Shown here: in pieces, positions 19,438-30,860 of the stretch
Layout: each line of letters opens with the position of its first letter
How positions within the stretch are numbered: the first letter of the stretch is position 1
Assembly (NCBI GenBank): GCA_963668695.2
Contig: CAXXLQ010000004.1
Coordinates: forward strand, 3,360,001-3,424,000
Reading direction: 5' to 3'
Source: Vicinamibacteria bacterium
Lineage (GTDB): Bacteria > Acidobacteriota > Vicinamibacteria > Marinacidobacterales > Marinacidobacteraceae
Length of the DNA stretch: 64,000 nucleotides
Translations under genes and position numbers: made by a program
The notes under the pieces: model-generated
Database searches by the model: none
Seen by the model: only the letters and a program-made list of their open reading frames with translations
What the model was told of the DNA's origin: nothing

Positions 19438-20257
19438 GCTCGGCCACCGGAACATCGGTGACGAACATGAAACCCGGCGCGTGGGAAATCATGAACTCCG
19501 GTCCGGCGTTTCGACAGACGACCTGCGAGGTCACGCCGCAAGCCCAGAAGACCGGCACCTCTCCCGGGCGAAGCCCCCCGTCCTCCCCCCAATCGGGACA
19601 GGCGAGATCGTGGATCCCGAGCGCCGCCGGGTCACCGATGTGCACCGGGGCGCCGTGCGCCAGCGGCTGCTCGCCGCTGATCCGGACGGCATCGTCCACC
19701 CGCGCTGCAGGAATCGGCCTCATGGTGACCACGAGACGCCCGCGGAACGGGCCCGCGGGTTCGCAGTCGCGATCGGTGATGTACATGGGTACGACGCGGT
19801 CCTCGTCCTGATGCCGAAGCCGTATTCCGGCCTCCACCAGGCCCGCCTCGAACCCGAAACTGCAGCCGAGAAGGAAAGCGGTGAGATCCGGTTCCCATAC
19901 GTTCCGCACGTCCTGTAACTCGCGGTCCGGCGCCCCGCGCCTGGTGACCCGGTAACGGGGCAAATCAGTGCGCAGGTCGGCGCCCGGGGCGAGCGAGCGG
20001 AGCACCGGATGCTCGCTCACTGCGAGGAGCGGACAGGGGCGTGGGTTCCGCTCGCAAAACGATCGGAAATCGCCGGCAAGCGACCGTGGCAGCACGATCA
20101 GATTCGCCTGCGCGAAACCTGGGCAGACTCCGGAGGTCGTCTCCGTGAATCGCCCCTCACGACAGGCAGCACGGAGCGCCGCCGGCTCCGACCAGGGGCC
20201 GACGCTGCTTCCGGGCTTTCGCTCGTCAGAAACGGGAAGACGGCCCCGGTTCATCAT
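19331..20257 (-). CDS. Putative hydro-lyase, DUF1445 (D-glutamate cyclase-like) family
   Basis: [64 protein letters not shown]. Confidence 0.9.
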   Translation of the reverse strand: MMNRGRLPVSDERKPGSSVGPWSEPAALRAACREGRFTETTSGVCPGFAQANLIVLPRSLAGDFRSFCERNPRPCPLLAVSEHPVLRSLAPGADLRTDLPRYRVTRRGAPDRELQDVRNVWEPDLTAFLLGCSFGFEAGLVEAGIRLRHQDEDRVVPMYITDRDCEPAGPFRGRLVVTMRPIPAARVDDAVRISGEQPLAHGAPVHIGDPAALGIHDLACPDWGEDGGLRPGEVPVFWACGVTSQVVCRNAGPEFMISHAPGFMFVTDVPVAEQTIRGESPPHDVPLERGATSQEVPGCGVLSHGMVA

Positions 20258-20382
20258 CGCCCCGCCGGTCGACGATGCCGCCCTGGGGGGCGGCGTTCCC
20301 TCACACATGGCAGCCCTCCATCAGCGGGACTCTACCGGGACTTCGCCTCGCCGGACCAAGGAGGGATCCCGATTCGGCTACC

Positions 20383-20411
20383 TTGACCATGATCTGCGCG
20401 CTGCCTATACT
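20383..20411 (+). promoter_or_regulatory. Sigma70-type promoter for the rplM operon
   Basis: TTGACC-N17-TATACT. Confidence 0.8.
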
Positions 20412-20514
20412 GCCCCCTTCGGGCGACTCCGCGATCTCCGCACGTTCCGGCGGCATTCGGACCGGGACTTGCCGAGAAGCGACCCGCCCGAATTTTTTTA
20501 CTCTGGAACGCCTC

Positions 20515-20625
20515 GACCCCGTACTGTCCGACCCCGTACTGTCCGATCCCCCGCCGTCCTACTCCCCGCCGTCCTACTCCCTGCCGTCCTACTCCCTGCC
20601 GTCCTACTCCCTGCCGTCCTACCCC
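20515..20625 (+). repeat. Two adjacent 15-bp tandem repeats upstream of rplM
   Basis: 2 x GACCCCGTACTGTCC (20515-20544) and 5 x CYGCCGTCCTACTCC (20551-20625). Confidence 0.92.
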
Positions 20626-20649
20626 GATTCGACCTCCGTCCTCAGCATC

Positions 20650-21108
20650 TTGTCCCGTTCGGCAGGCACGACCTTCGCCCGCGCCGGTGAAATCAGGCGG
20701 CGCTGGTTCGTGGTGGACGCGGGAGACCAGCCTCTCGGCCGTCTCGCCAGCCGGATAGCGCTGGTGCTGAGGGGCAAACACAAGCCTTCCTGGACCCCGT
20801 TTCTGGATTGCGGCGATCACGTGATCGTCCTCAACGCCGCCCGGGTCCAGCTCACCGGCCGCAAGGAAGAGCAGAAGGTGTACCACCGGACGAGCGGACG
20901 GCCCGGCGGTCTGAAGTCCAGAACCGCCGGACAGATCCGCAGTACGCACCCCGAGCGTCTCTTTGAGAGCGCGGTGCGGGGAATGCTGCCCAAGGGGAGT
21001 CTCGGGCGTTCGCAGTTCCTGAAGCTCAAGGTGTACTCCGGCGGCGAACATCCACACGCGGCCCAACAGCCCGAACCCCTCCCGGCCCGACTCGGCCCGT
21101 CATCCTGA
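20650..21108 (+). CDS. rplM: 50S ribosomal protein L13 (start uncertain)
   Basis: [50 protein letters not shown]. Confidence 0.96.
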   Translation: MSRSAGTTFARAGEIRRRWFVVDAGDQPLGRLASRIALVLRGKHKPSWTPFLDCGDHVIVLNAARVQLTGRKEEQKVYHRTSGRPGGLKSRTAGQIRSTHPERLFESAVRGMLPKGSLGRSQFLKLKVYSGGEHPHAAQQPEPLPARLGPSS

Positions 21109-21500
21109 TGTCAGAACCCCTCGCCTACGGGACCGGCAAGCGGAAGTGCTCCATCGCGCGGGTGTACCTGCGGAGCGGTTCCGGCCAGATCCTCGTCAAT
21201 CAGCGGCCCTTCACGGACTACTTCCCGAGAGAGACCTACCAGAACTGGGTCACCCAGCCGCTGCTCGCCACCGACCAGGGCACGGCCATCGACGTGGATG
21301 CCCGGGTCAAGGGCGGAGGATTGTCAGGACAGGCGGCTGCGGTTCGCCTCGGTATTGCGCGCGCACTGGTTGACAACGACGGACGGCTCCGTCCCGAACT
21401 CAAGCGCCGGGGTTTCCTCACCCGGGACGCGCGGCGCAAGGAGCGTAAGAAATACGGGCAACCCGGAGCCCGGAAACGCTTCCAGTACTCCAAGCGCTGA
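21108..21500 (+). CDS. rpsI: 30S ribosomal protein S9
   Basis: [33 protein letters not shown]. Confidence 0.99.
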   Translation: MSEPLAYGTGKRKCSIARVYLRSGSGQILVNQRPFTDYFPRETYQNWVTQPLLATDQGTAIDVDARVKGGGLSGQAAAVRLGIARALVDNDGRLRPELKRRGFLTRDARRKERKKYGQPGARKRFQYSKR

Positions 21501-21575
21501 CGATGGCTCGTCTTCTGCTTCCGAGCCTCCTCTAGCGGTCATCCGCCGGTAGTTGATCCCCCAGTAGTTGATTCG

Positions 21576-22496
<921 letters not shown>

Positions 22497-22560
22497 CCGG
22501 ACACCCTCGTTTACTAACGCCGCATCAGCCGTACCGACGGCTGGAACAGGAGATTCCGCA

Positions 22561-23187
22561 ATGGCCGCCATCAGCGCCCAGGACGTCAAGAAGCTCCGCG
22601 ACCACACCGGAGCGGGTTTCGCCGATTGCAAGAAAGCGCTCGTGGACGCCGACGGAGATTTTGACAAGGCCATCCGGTTGTTGCGCGAGAAGGGCGCCGC
22701 GGCAGCGGAACGCCGCGCGGGAAGGATGGCCAGCGAGGGACTCATCCACTCGTACATCCACGACCACCGGATCGGCGTGATGGTTGAGCTGTCCTGCGAA
22801 ACCGATTTCGTCGCGCGGAACCAGACGTTCCGGGACCTCGCAAACGATGTGGCGATCCACATCGCCTGCGCGTACCCCGCCCCGGCCCGCTGGGTCCGGC
22901 GCGAGGACGTGCCCGAAGAGGTGATCCGCGACGAAACCGAACTCATCCGCGCGCAATTGGCGCAGGATCCGAAGAACGCCAGGAAACCGGAAGCGATTGT
23001 CGAGCGCATCGTGGCCGGGAAGCTCGACCGGTTCCTCTCCGAGCGGGTACTCCTCGAGCAGATGTACGCCCTCGACGACTCCAAGAAGATTCGCGTTCAG
23101 GACCGGGTCCTGGAAGCGGCGCAGGCGATCAAGGAAAACATCCAGGTCCGGCGCTTCGTCCGGTTCGAACGCGGCGAACACGTCTAA
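22561..23187 (+). CDS. tsf: Elongation factor Ts (short form)
   Basis: VKKLRDHTGAG..DCKKAL, ELSCETDFVA, VRRFVRF; AGGAG SD. Confidence 0.97.
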   Translation: MAAISAQDVKKLRDHTGAGFADCKKALVDADGDFDKAIRLLREKGAAAAERRAGRMASEGLIHSYIHDHRIGVMVELSCETDFVARNQTFRDLANDVAIHIACAYPAPARWVRREDVPEEVIRDETELIRAQLAQDPKNARKPEAIVERIVAGKLDRFLSERVLLEQMYALDDSKKIRVQDRVLEAAQAIKENIQVRRFVRFERGEHV

Positions 23188-23313
23188 CAGCCCCCGCCGC
23201 GTCCGTCCGGGTACCATGGCACCACTCGGACAGACCAGGGACGCGCGGGGCACAGGTCCCCTCTCGGCGCGGCCGTGGTCGCCGCACCTTTGCGATCCCA
23301 TGACGGGCATCAG

Positions 23314-24030
23314 ATGACCGGACCAAGACGGGTTCTGCTCAAGCTGTCCGGCCAGGCGCTCAAGGGCGAAGAGCACGCCGGAATCTCCACCGCGGAGGTC
23401 GAGCGGATGGCCCGGCTGATCGCCGCGGTCCATGGCGACGGAATCGAGACCGCGTGTGTGATCGGGGGCGGCAACATCTTCCGCGGCCTGGGGGCCGAGA
23501 CGCGGGGGATGGACCGGGTCAGCGCGGATTCGATGGGGATGCTCGCCACCCTGATCAACGCCCTGGCGATCCAGGAGGCGCTCGAAAAGCTCAGTTGCCA
23601 GACCCGGGTGATGTCGGCCATCACCGTCCGTCAGGTCGCCGAACCCTTCATTCGTCGCAGAGCCCTGCGGCATCTCGAGAAGGGACGGATCACGCTCTTC
23701 GCGGCGGGTACCGGCAACCCCTACTTCTCGACCGATACCGCCGCCGCGCTGCGCGCCAACGAGATCCGCGCGGATGTGCTCATCAAGGCCACCCGGGTTC
23801 CGGGGGTATTCACCGGAGACCCGGAAAAGGACCCGGGGGCGCGGCCGATCCGCCGGTTAACCTATCTTGAAGCGATCCGTCAGGAGCTTCGCTTCATGGA
23901 TACCACCGCGATTTCCCTGTGCATGGAGAACGACCTCCCGATCGTGGTGTGCCACCAGGACGACATTCAGGAAGCCGCCCGGGGCGCCGACGTCGGCACC
24001 CGGGTCGAGAAGGCGACCCGCCACGAGTAG
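23314..24030 (+). CDS. pyrH: UMP kinase
   Basis: LLKLSG, GGGNIFRG, GTGNPYFSTDTAAALRA. Confidence 0.98.
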   Translation: MTGPRRVLLKLSGQALKGEEHAGISTAEVERMARLIAAVHGDGIETACVIGGGNIFRGLGAETRGMDRVSADSMGMLATLINALAIQEALEKLSCQTRVMSAITVRQVAEPFIRRRALRHLEKGRITLFAAGTGNPYFSTDTAAALRANEIRADVLIKATRVPGVFTGDPEKDPGARPIRRLTYLEAIRQELRFMDTTAISLCMENDLPIVVCHQDDIQEAARGADVGTRVEKATRHE

Positions 24031-24051
24031 GGTCGCGGGGGAGCGGAAGCG

Positions 24052-24609
24052 ATGGCTCACGAGATTCTGGATGACCTGAAACGCCGGATGGACAAGACGG
24101 TCGAGGTGTTCGAGCACGAACTCGCTTCGGTTCGAACCGGCCGGGCCTCGGTGGCCTTGCTGGATTCGGTTCGGGTGGACTACTACGGACAACTCCTGCC
24201 GCTGCAGCAGGTAGCCACCCTCAAGACCCCGGACGCCAGCACCATCACCGTTCAGCCCTGGGAGCGCAACCTGTTGCCCGCGGTGGACCGCGCCATCCGG
24301 GCCGCCGATCTTGACCTGAACCCCAATTCCGACGGGACGACGCTCCGCATTCCGATTCCGCCGCTCAGCCAGGAGCGGCGCAAACGGCTCGCCAAGAAGA
24401 TCAGCCGGATGGCCGAGGAACACAAGAACGCCCTCCGCCAGGTCCGCCGCGACGCCAATCAGCGCCTCAAGAAGCTGGTGAAGAACAAGGAACTTTCCGA
24501 GGACCTGGAACACGACCTCGAAGCGGACGTGCAAGAGACGACCGATGCGTACGCGAAGCGCATCGGTGACATCGCAGCTCGCAAGGAATCGAGCATCCTT
24601 TCTATCTGA
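24052..24609 (+). CDS. frr: Ribosome recycling factor
   Basis: VRTGRAS, VDYYG, LNPNSDG, IPPLSQERR, RRDAN. Confidence 0.98.
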   Translation: MAHEILDDLKRRMDKTVEVFEHELASVRTGRASVALLDSVRVDYYGQLLPLQQVATLKTPDASTITVQPWERNLLPAVDRAIRAADLDLNPNSDGTTLRIPIPPLSQERRKRLAKKISRMAEEHKNALRQVRRDANQRLKKLVKNKELSEDLEHDLEADVQETTDAYAKRIGDIAARKESSILSI

Positions 24610-25832
24610 TGCTCGCGGGAGAAACCGTGGCCACGCCCTACTCTTTTCTGACCCATCTGGAGTGTTCGAGGACCGGGCATCACCACGACGCCTTCGCGCC
24701 GCAGAATCTCTCGAACGAGAAGCACCCGCTCCTCGCCTGCTACGACCTCGACGCCGCCGCGGAGACCTTCACTCCCGCGGCGATTGCGGACCGGCCCTTT
24801 GATCTCTGGCGGTACCACGAAGTGCTGCCCATCCAGGAGGAGCGCCACTGCCTGAAGCTCGGGGAAGGCGGAACGCCGCTCACCCCCGCCCCTACCCTGG
24901 GCGCCGAACTCGGTATCCGGGAGCTGTTCATCAAGAACGAGGGGATGAACCCCACCGGGAGCTTCAAGGATCGGGGACTCTGCCTGGCAGTCTCGGCCGC
25001 CTACCAGTTCGGCGCTTCCGGCATTGCCCTCCCCTCAGCCGGGAACGCCGGCGGGTCCGCCGCTGCCTATGCCGCCCGCGCCGGAATGCAGTGCGTGGTC
25101 GCGGTCCCCCGGGACTGTCCCGAGGTGAACCGGATCGAAGCGTCGGTGTACGGGGCCGAGGTGCACTCGATCGACGGCCTGATCTCCGACGCCGGCCGGA
25201 TGATCGCGGAGATGGCGCCCGGGCGAGGCCTCTTCGAGATGGCCACCCTGAAGGAGCCCTACCGCATCGAGGGCAAGAAGACCTTGGCCTACGAGGTGTT
25301 CGAACAGCTCGGACGCCTGCCCGAGGTGATGATCTACCCGACCGGTGGCGGCACCGGGCTGATCGGCATGTGGAAGGCCTTCGACGAGATGGAGCGCCTC
25401 GGCTGGATTGGCTCCGAGCGTCCGCGGATGATCGCGGTGCAGGCCGAGGGCTGCGCCCCCATTCCGAAGGCATTCGACGAAGGCGCCGAGGCCTCCGAGA
25501 TGTGGCAAGACGCCCACACCGTGGCGTCCGGGCTTCGGGTGCCCAAAGCGCTCGGGGATTTCCTGATCCTGGCGGCCGTCCGGGCGAGCGGTGGATCAGC
25601 CATCGCGGTCTCGGATGAGGAACTCATGCGGGATGCGCGCCGGATCGGCGCCGCGGAGGGCATCTTCGCCGCGCCCGAGGGGGGCGCCTGCCTGAGCGCG
25701 CTGCGTCGCCTCCGCGCTGCGGGTGACGTAGCGAAGGACGACACCGTCGTCATCTTCAACACCGGCACCGGCGCGAAGTACGTGGAAGCCTTCCTCGGGC
25801 CCGGCGCCAGCCCCGCCCACGCAGAGTTGTAG
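24609..25832 (+). CDS. thrC: Threonine synthase (PLP fold II)
   Basis: LGEGGTPL, NPTGSFKDRG, SAGNAG, RIEGKKT, YPTGGGTG, NTGTG.KY. Confidence 0.85.
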   Translation: MLAGETVATPYSFLTHLECSRTGHHHDAFAPQNLSNEKHPLLACYDLDAAAETFTPAAIADRPFDLWRYHEVLPIQEERHCLKLGEGGTPLTPAPTLGAELGIRELFIKNEGMNPTGSFKDRGLCLAVSAAYQFGASGIALPSAGNAGGSAAAYAARAGMQCVVAVPRDCPEVNRIEASVYGAEVHSIDGLISDAGRMIAEMAPGRGLFEMATLKEPYRIEGKKTLAYEVFEQLGRLPEVMIYPTGGGTGLIGMWKAFDEMERLGWIGSERPRMIAVQAEGCAPIPKAFDEGAEASEMWQDAHTVASGLRVPKALGDFLILAAVRASGGSAIAVSDEELMRDARRIGAAEGIFAAPEGGACLSALRRLRAAGDVAKDDTVVIFNTGTGAKYVEAFLGPGASPAHAEL

Positions 25833-25836
25833 AGCC

Positions 25837-25990
25837 CAGGGAACGCCGGTGCCGGCTTCCGACTGGCAGTGTGGCGCGAAGGCTGGGAACGCCGATCTTC
25901 AGACCGGCACCCGCGGCGCGCAGCGCCGCGGAATCCCGTAGAGCGACCCATCCGATGGCGCGAGAGCGGGAACGCCGACCTCCGGCCCAC
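25837..25990 (+). repeat. Cluster of REP-like family B elements without the 18-nt module
   Basis: Three GGGAACGCCG-initiated units, e.g. CTGGGAACGCCGATCTTCAGACCGGC and GGGAACGCCGACCTCCGGCCC. Confidence 0.6.
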
Positions 25991-26092
25991 ACCACCCCGC
26001 AAAGCGGAGCGAAACGCCCAGTGCGAGTAAGGCAGAGTGCGTAGCTCGTTCTATCCCGTTGGCCAACTCCTGATCAATCCAATCAACACCCC

Positions 26093-27013
26093 ATGCTTGA
26101 AATCAGAAACCTCGTCAAGGTGTACCCGGGGCCGGTCGCGGCGCTCCAGGGCGTCTCGCTCAAAGCCTCCCGGGGCATGCTGGGCCTCCTCGGGCCGAAC
26201 GGCGCCGGGAAGACCACCCTCCTCCGTATCGTTGCAGGCCTCCTGGAACCGACCTCCGGAACAGTCCTCCTTGATGGCGAAGACGTAACCACCGATCCCC
26301 GGCGGATCCACCGGCAGCTCGGTTACCTGCCGCAAGACTTCGGCTTCTATCCTCACCTGACCGGGGCGGCGATGCTCCGCTTCCTGCTGGTACTCAAGGG
26401 CGTGAAGGCGCCGCAGGGCGTAACGCGGCTTGCCGCGGAACTTCTCGAGCGCGTGAACCTGCAAGACGCCGCGAAGCGCAAGGTCGGCACCTATTCGGGC
26501 GGCATGAGGCAACGGCTGGGTATCGCGCAAGCGCTGGCGGGGAACCCGCGGATCATCGTCGTTGACGAGCCTACGGCCGGGCTCGATCCCGAGGAGCGGA
26601 TGCGGTTCTACCGGCTGCTCGCCGAAGTGGCCGAAGACCGGCTGGTGCTGCTTTCCACGCATATCGTGGAGGACATCTCCGTGTTGTGTCCGAGAGTGGC
26701 CATCCTGCACAACGGACAAGCGGTGGCCGACACCACCCCGGGCGAAGCGCGCGCCCGTCTTCGGGGTGCGATCTTCGAGGGGGCAGTCGCAAAGGCCGGC
26801 ATGGATGAAATAGCGCGGCGCTTCGAGGTCACCCAGGCGGTCCTGATCGAGGGGCGCAACCGGGTACGCGTCCATGTTCCGAACGGACCGCCGCCCGAAG
26901 GTTTCGAACCGGTCGCTCCGAGCCTCGAAGACGCCTACCTCCTCCTCACGCGGGACAGTGGATCCGGAAACGGCGTGCAGCCGCCGGAGGCTGAAGCGCG
27001 CGCGGGCTCGTGA
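26093..27013 (+). CDS. ABC-2 type exporter ATP-binding protein
   Basis: GPNGAGKT, YSGGMRQR, VDEPTAGLD, LSTHI. Confidence 0.95.
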   Translation: MLEIRNLVKVYPGPVAALQGVSLKASRGMLGLLGPNGAGKTTLLRIVAGLLEPTSGTVLLDGEDVTTDPRRIHRQLGYLPQDFGFYPHLTGAAMLRFLLVLKGVKAPQGVTRLAAELLERVNLQDAAKRKVGTYSGGMRQRLGIAQALAGNPRIIVVDEPTAGLDPEERMRFYRLLAEVAEDRLVLLSTHIVEDISVLCPRVAILHNGQAVADTTPGEARARLRGAIFEGAVAKAGMDEIARRFEVTQAVLIEGRNRVRVHVPNGPPPEGFEPVAPSLEDAYLLLTRDSGSGNGVQPPEAEARAGS

Positions 27014-30000
27014 CCTCTTTCGCCAGGTGGGCCGCCGTCGCCCGCCGGGAACTGTCCTCGGCGCTGCGGCGGCCCTCCTACTGGTTTCTGTTCGGGGTTC
27101 TGGTACTGGCGGCGTGGGGGTTCTCCGAGGGGAACGTGACCATCTCCAGCGGCGACGCAACCGCGGGAGGAAACCGGTCGCACGTCACCTCCGTCTTCGC
27201 CCAGAGCATGTTCCAGTCGATCTCGATCTCGGGCATGGGCGCCTGGTTCCTGGCCATCGGGGCGGGGCTCGTGCTGGTCCGGGACGCGGAACATCGCGTG
27301 GGCGAGGTGCTCCACGCGACCCGGCTGACTCCCCGGGAGTACGTGTGGGGCAGCTTCGCCGGAGCGGTTACGGCCTTCCTGGTCATCTGGGGCCTGTACC
27401 TGGGTGCCTCCGTGGGCTTCAACCATGTCCTGGCGGCCGGAGCGGAATCCCGCCAGATCGGGCCGTTCGTTCTCGGGAACTACCTCGCTCCCACCCTGCT
27501 CCTCGGCCTTCCCCAGATCGTGTTCTTCGCGGGCGTACCACTGTTCCTCGGCGCCTGGACCCGCCGCCCGATCGTGGTCTTCGCGTTTCCGATCGCGGTG
27601 CTGCTCGTCGCCCTGGGATTTTTGGTCTCCTGGTCGCCGAGCTGGCTCGACCCGGCGATCAACCGCGCGCTGATGCTTGCGGATCCCTCGGGTTTCCGGT
27701 GGCTGAACGAGACCTTCCTGAAGATTGATCGGGGGGTTGACTTCTACAACACGGCGCCGCTGCCTCCGGACACCGGATTCCTCCTCAGCCGCATCGCTCT
27801 GGCCGCCGTCGGACTGCTGGCGGTGGAAGCCGCGGTGCGGAACACCGCCCGCCGACTCCTTCGGGGAGACATGGATTCGGTGGTGGTCGGCTTTCGCCGG
27901 AGCGGCAAGAAGAAGACGCCCGCGCCGGACCTCACGAGCGCACCGGCCCCCGCCGGGAGGACGCTGAGCGAACTCGGCATGCGGACCAGCCCCCCGGGGT
28001 TCTTCACGGCGGTTCACGCGATCGGCCGGGCCGAGGTCCGCGAGTTGCTCGTTCGGCCGGGTGTCTATCTTTTCGTCCCCCTGATCCTCTGGCAGTCGGT
28101 CAGTCAGAGTCTCTTCGCGCTCGGGCCTTTCGATTCGCCGCTGCTGGTGACTTCGGGGGCGATGGCGGCGCGGCAGTTCAACACGCTGAGCCTGCTCGTG
28201 TGCATTCTGCTGCTCTTCTACACGGTGGAGTCGCTGGTGAAGGAGCGAGCCCAGCGATTCGCCGAGATCTACCGGGCGACACCCGTCGGGACCGGGGCGA
28301 TGCTCCTCGGCAAGACCGCGGGCAGCGTCGTGTTGGCGGCGCTGGTCCTGAGCACCGCCCTGATCGCGTCCGCGACGATCATCGCGGTGCGGCAGCTTCT
28401 CGGCGATCCGGTCGGCTTCACGCTCTGGCCGTTCATTGCAGCCTGGGGCGGCGTGATGGCCCCGACGTTCATTTTCTGGACGACGTTCATCACCGCCGCC
28501 TTCGCCCTCTTCCGCAACCGCTACACGGTGTACGGACTCGGGCTGGCGATCGCGATCTACACCGTCTACCGGATGAACGCGGGCGAGGCGCTCTCGTGGG
28601 TCACCAACTGGATAGCCTGGAACTCGATCCAGTGGAGCGATATGGGCGCTTTTTCACTCCACGGCCGCGCCCTGTTGCTGAACCGCCTCCTGTACCTGAG
28701 TCTCGTCCCCCTGCTCCTGGTCCTGGCGATGCGGTGGTTCGGGCGGCAGGAGTTCGACGCCACTCGGATCCTGCACCGCCTGCGGCCGAAGGCCCTGTTG
28801 GGGAGCGGGGTGCGGCTCCTTCCTTTCGCCGTGCCGCCGGTTTTCCTCGCGTCCCTGCTGTTCTTTGGCGGACGAGCCGGCTACCAGGGACCGGGCGTTG
28901 AGGAAGCCGTCAAGAACTACTGGCGGCGCAACGTGGCCACCTGGACCGACTTCAGAATGCCGTCGGTCTCCCACGTGGACCTGGACGTCGAACTCGAGCC
29001 CCGGGCCCATTCCGCTTCGGTGTCCGGCGCCTACACGTTCTTCAACCACCGCGACTATGTGGTTCGCCAGCTTCCCATCACCGCCGGCCTCTGGGACCCC
29101 ATCGAGTGGACCCTCGACGGGGAGCCCTACGAACCGGAGGACCGCTCGGGTCTCTTTGTCTTCACCCCCGAAGAACCGCTGGCGCCCGGGGAGTCGCTCA
29201 CGGTCGGTTTCCGCTACGACCTGCAGCACCCCCGCGGCTTGAGCACGAGGGTCGGCGGCCGCGGCCAGTTCATCCTCAATTCGGGGGTCGTCCTCACCGC
29301 CTTCGCGCCCACCTTCGCTCCGGTTCCCGGGTACCTGCCGGGAATCGGCGTGGACGAAGAGAACCGGTACGACCAGCGGGAGTACCCCGACGATTTCTTC
29401 GAGGGGGAGACCGAACCGGCCTTCGGCTGGGGCGGAACGCCCCTCACCACGAGAATCCGAATCACCACGCCGGAGGAATACACCGCGAACAGCGTGGGTC
29501 GGCTGGTGAGCGACGAGGTCCGGGAGGGGCGGCGCACTGTGGTGTGGGAGTCCGACCACCCGGTCCGGCTCTTCAACATCGTCGCCGGCCGCTACGCGGT
29601 CAAGGAGGGGCGGGGCACCGCCATCTACTACCACCCGGAGCACGACTACAACGTCGAGGAGATGTCCGCCGCACTCGACGCGGCGAGGGAGCACTACTCG
29701 GAGTGGTTCCACCCCTTCCCGTGGGAACGCCTGAAGCTCTCCGAGTTCCCGGCGTTCGCCGGCTACGCGCAGGGATTCCCCACGAACATCACCTTCAGCG
29801 AGGGAATCGGCTTCCTGACGAAGAGCGATCCCCGCTCGCACGCCGCCTTCGCCATCGTGGCGCACGAAGCGGCGCACCAGTGGTGGGGGAACATCCTGAC
29901 TCCCGGACGCGGACCGGGCGGCAACATGCTGTCCGAGGGGATGTCCCACTACGCGACCATCCTGCTACACGAGCAGGTCTATGGAGACCGCCACCGGATC

Positions 30001-30648
30001 GAGTTCGTGAAACGGATCGAAGATCAATACGGCGACGCGCGGTTCGTGGATTCCGAACGGCCCCTCGTCAAGACGGACGGCTCACGATCGGGCGACGCAG
30101 CGGTCATCTACCAAAAGGGCGGGTGGGTGATGTGGATGCTCCAGCGGGAGATGGGCCGCGAAAACCTCCTGGCGGGGCTCCGCGCCTTCATCGAGGCGTA
30201 CCGCTCCAGTCCGGACTTTCCGGTCATCCAGGACATGCTGAGGGTGCTCCGGGACTACGCCCCGGACCCCGATGTCTTCGACTCGTTCACCCGGCAGTGG
30301 TTCCACGACGTGGTCGTCCCGGAGTACCGGCTCTCCCAGGTGACGAAAGAGAGGGATGGCGACGGTTGGGTCGTGCGCGGCTCGCTGGAGAACGCGGGGA
30401 CGGGACGGGTGACGGTGGAGGTGGCCGCGACGGCTGGCGAGCGTTGGTCCGACGAAGGCGACGACGCCAACCGGACGGTCGTCCGGAGCGATTACCGTGA
30501 CTCCAGGGCGGCAATCGAACTGGGCGCTGGGGAATCAGCCGACTTTCAGATCGCCACCGACTTCGATCCGGCACGCATCGTCGTCGACCCGGACGCGCTC
30601 GTACTCCAGTTGCGCCGGGAGGCCGCGGTCTTCGAGTTCCCTCAATAA
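27010..30648 (+). CDS. Double ABC-2 permease fused to an M1 family aminopeptidase domain
   Basis: Two hydrophobic permease blocks, then YAQGF, HEAAHQWW..LSEG, YQKG. Confidence 0.88.
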   Translation: MTSFARWAAVARRELSSALRRPSYWFLFGVLVLAAWGFSEGNVTISSGDATAGGNRSHVTSVFAQSMFQSISISGMGAWFLAIGAGLVLVRDAEHRVGEVLHATRLTPREYVWGSFAGAVTAFLVIWGLYLGASVGFNHVLAAGAESRQIGPFVLGNYLAPTLLLGLPQIVFFAGVPLFLGAWTRRPIVVFAFPIAVLLVALGFLVSWSPSWLDPAINRALMLADPSGFRWLNETFLKIDRGVDFYNTAPLPPDTGFLLSRIALAAVGLLAVEAAVRNTARRLLRGDMDSVVVGFRRSGKKKTPAPDLTSAPAPAGRTLSELGMRTSPPGFFTAVHAIGRAEVRELLVRPGVYLFVPLILWQSVSQSLFALGPFDSPLLVTSGAMAARQFNTLSLLVCILLLFYTVESLVKERAQRFAEIYRATPVGTGAMLLGKTAGSVVLAALVLSTALIASATIIAVRQLLGDPVGFTLWPFIAAWGGVMAPTFIFWTTFITAAFALFRNRYTVYGLGLAIAIYTVYRMNAGEALSWVTNWIAWNSIQWSDMGAFSLHGRALLLNRLLYLSLVPLLLVLAMRWFGRQEFDATRILHRLRPKALLGSGVRLLPFAVPPVFLASLLFFGGRAGYQGPGVEEAVKNYWRRNVATWTDFRMPSVSHVDLDVELEPRAHSASVSGAYTFFNHRDYVVRQLPITAGLWDPIEWTLDGEPYEPEDRSGLFVFTPEEPLAPGESLTVGFRYDLQHPRGLSTRVGGRGQFILNSGVVLTAFAPTFAPVPGYLPGIGVDEENRYDQREYPDDFFEGETEPAFGWGGTPLTTRIRITTPEEYTANSVGRLVSDEVREGRRTVVWESDHPVRLFNIVAGRYAVKEGRGTAIYYHPEHDYNVEEMSAALDAAREHYSEWFHPFPWERLKLSEFPAFAGYAQGFPTNITFSEGIGFLTKSDPRSHAAFAIVAHEAAHQWWGNILTPGRGPGGNMLSEGMSHYATILLHEQVYGDRHRIEFVKRIEDQYGDARFVDSERPLVKTDGSRSGDAAVIYQKGGWVMWMLQREMGRENLLAGLRAFIEAYRSSPDFPVIQDMLRVLRDYAPDPDVFDSFTRQWFHDVVVPEYRLSQVTKERDGDGWVVRGSLENAGTGRVTVEVAATAGERWSDEGDDANRTVVRSDYRDSRAAIELGAGESADFQIATDFDPARIVVDPDALVLQLRREAAVFEFPQ

Positions 30649-30707
30649 CGGGCGCGCGTGGCGCCGTCCCCCAACCAGGACCGCCATTCACCCAAATCGC
30701 GCCGCTG

Positions 30708-30752
30708 GGCTGGGAACGCCGGCCAGTTCTCCCGGTGGGGGCTTCACACCGT
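30708..30752 (+). repeat. REP-like family B element with the 18-nt module
   Basis: CTGGGAACGCCGG-[CCAGTTCTCCCGGTGGGG]-GCTTCACACCG. Confidence 0.7.
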
Positions 30753-30860
30753 TCCGCGGCGCGAGCGCCGCAAAACGGTGTCGAGCTACCCGTCCCCGAT
30801 GGCCCGCGAGCGCCGGAATGCCGGTTCGAGCCGGCGTCCCCTGCGCCGCAGCCCGCGACG

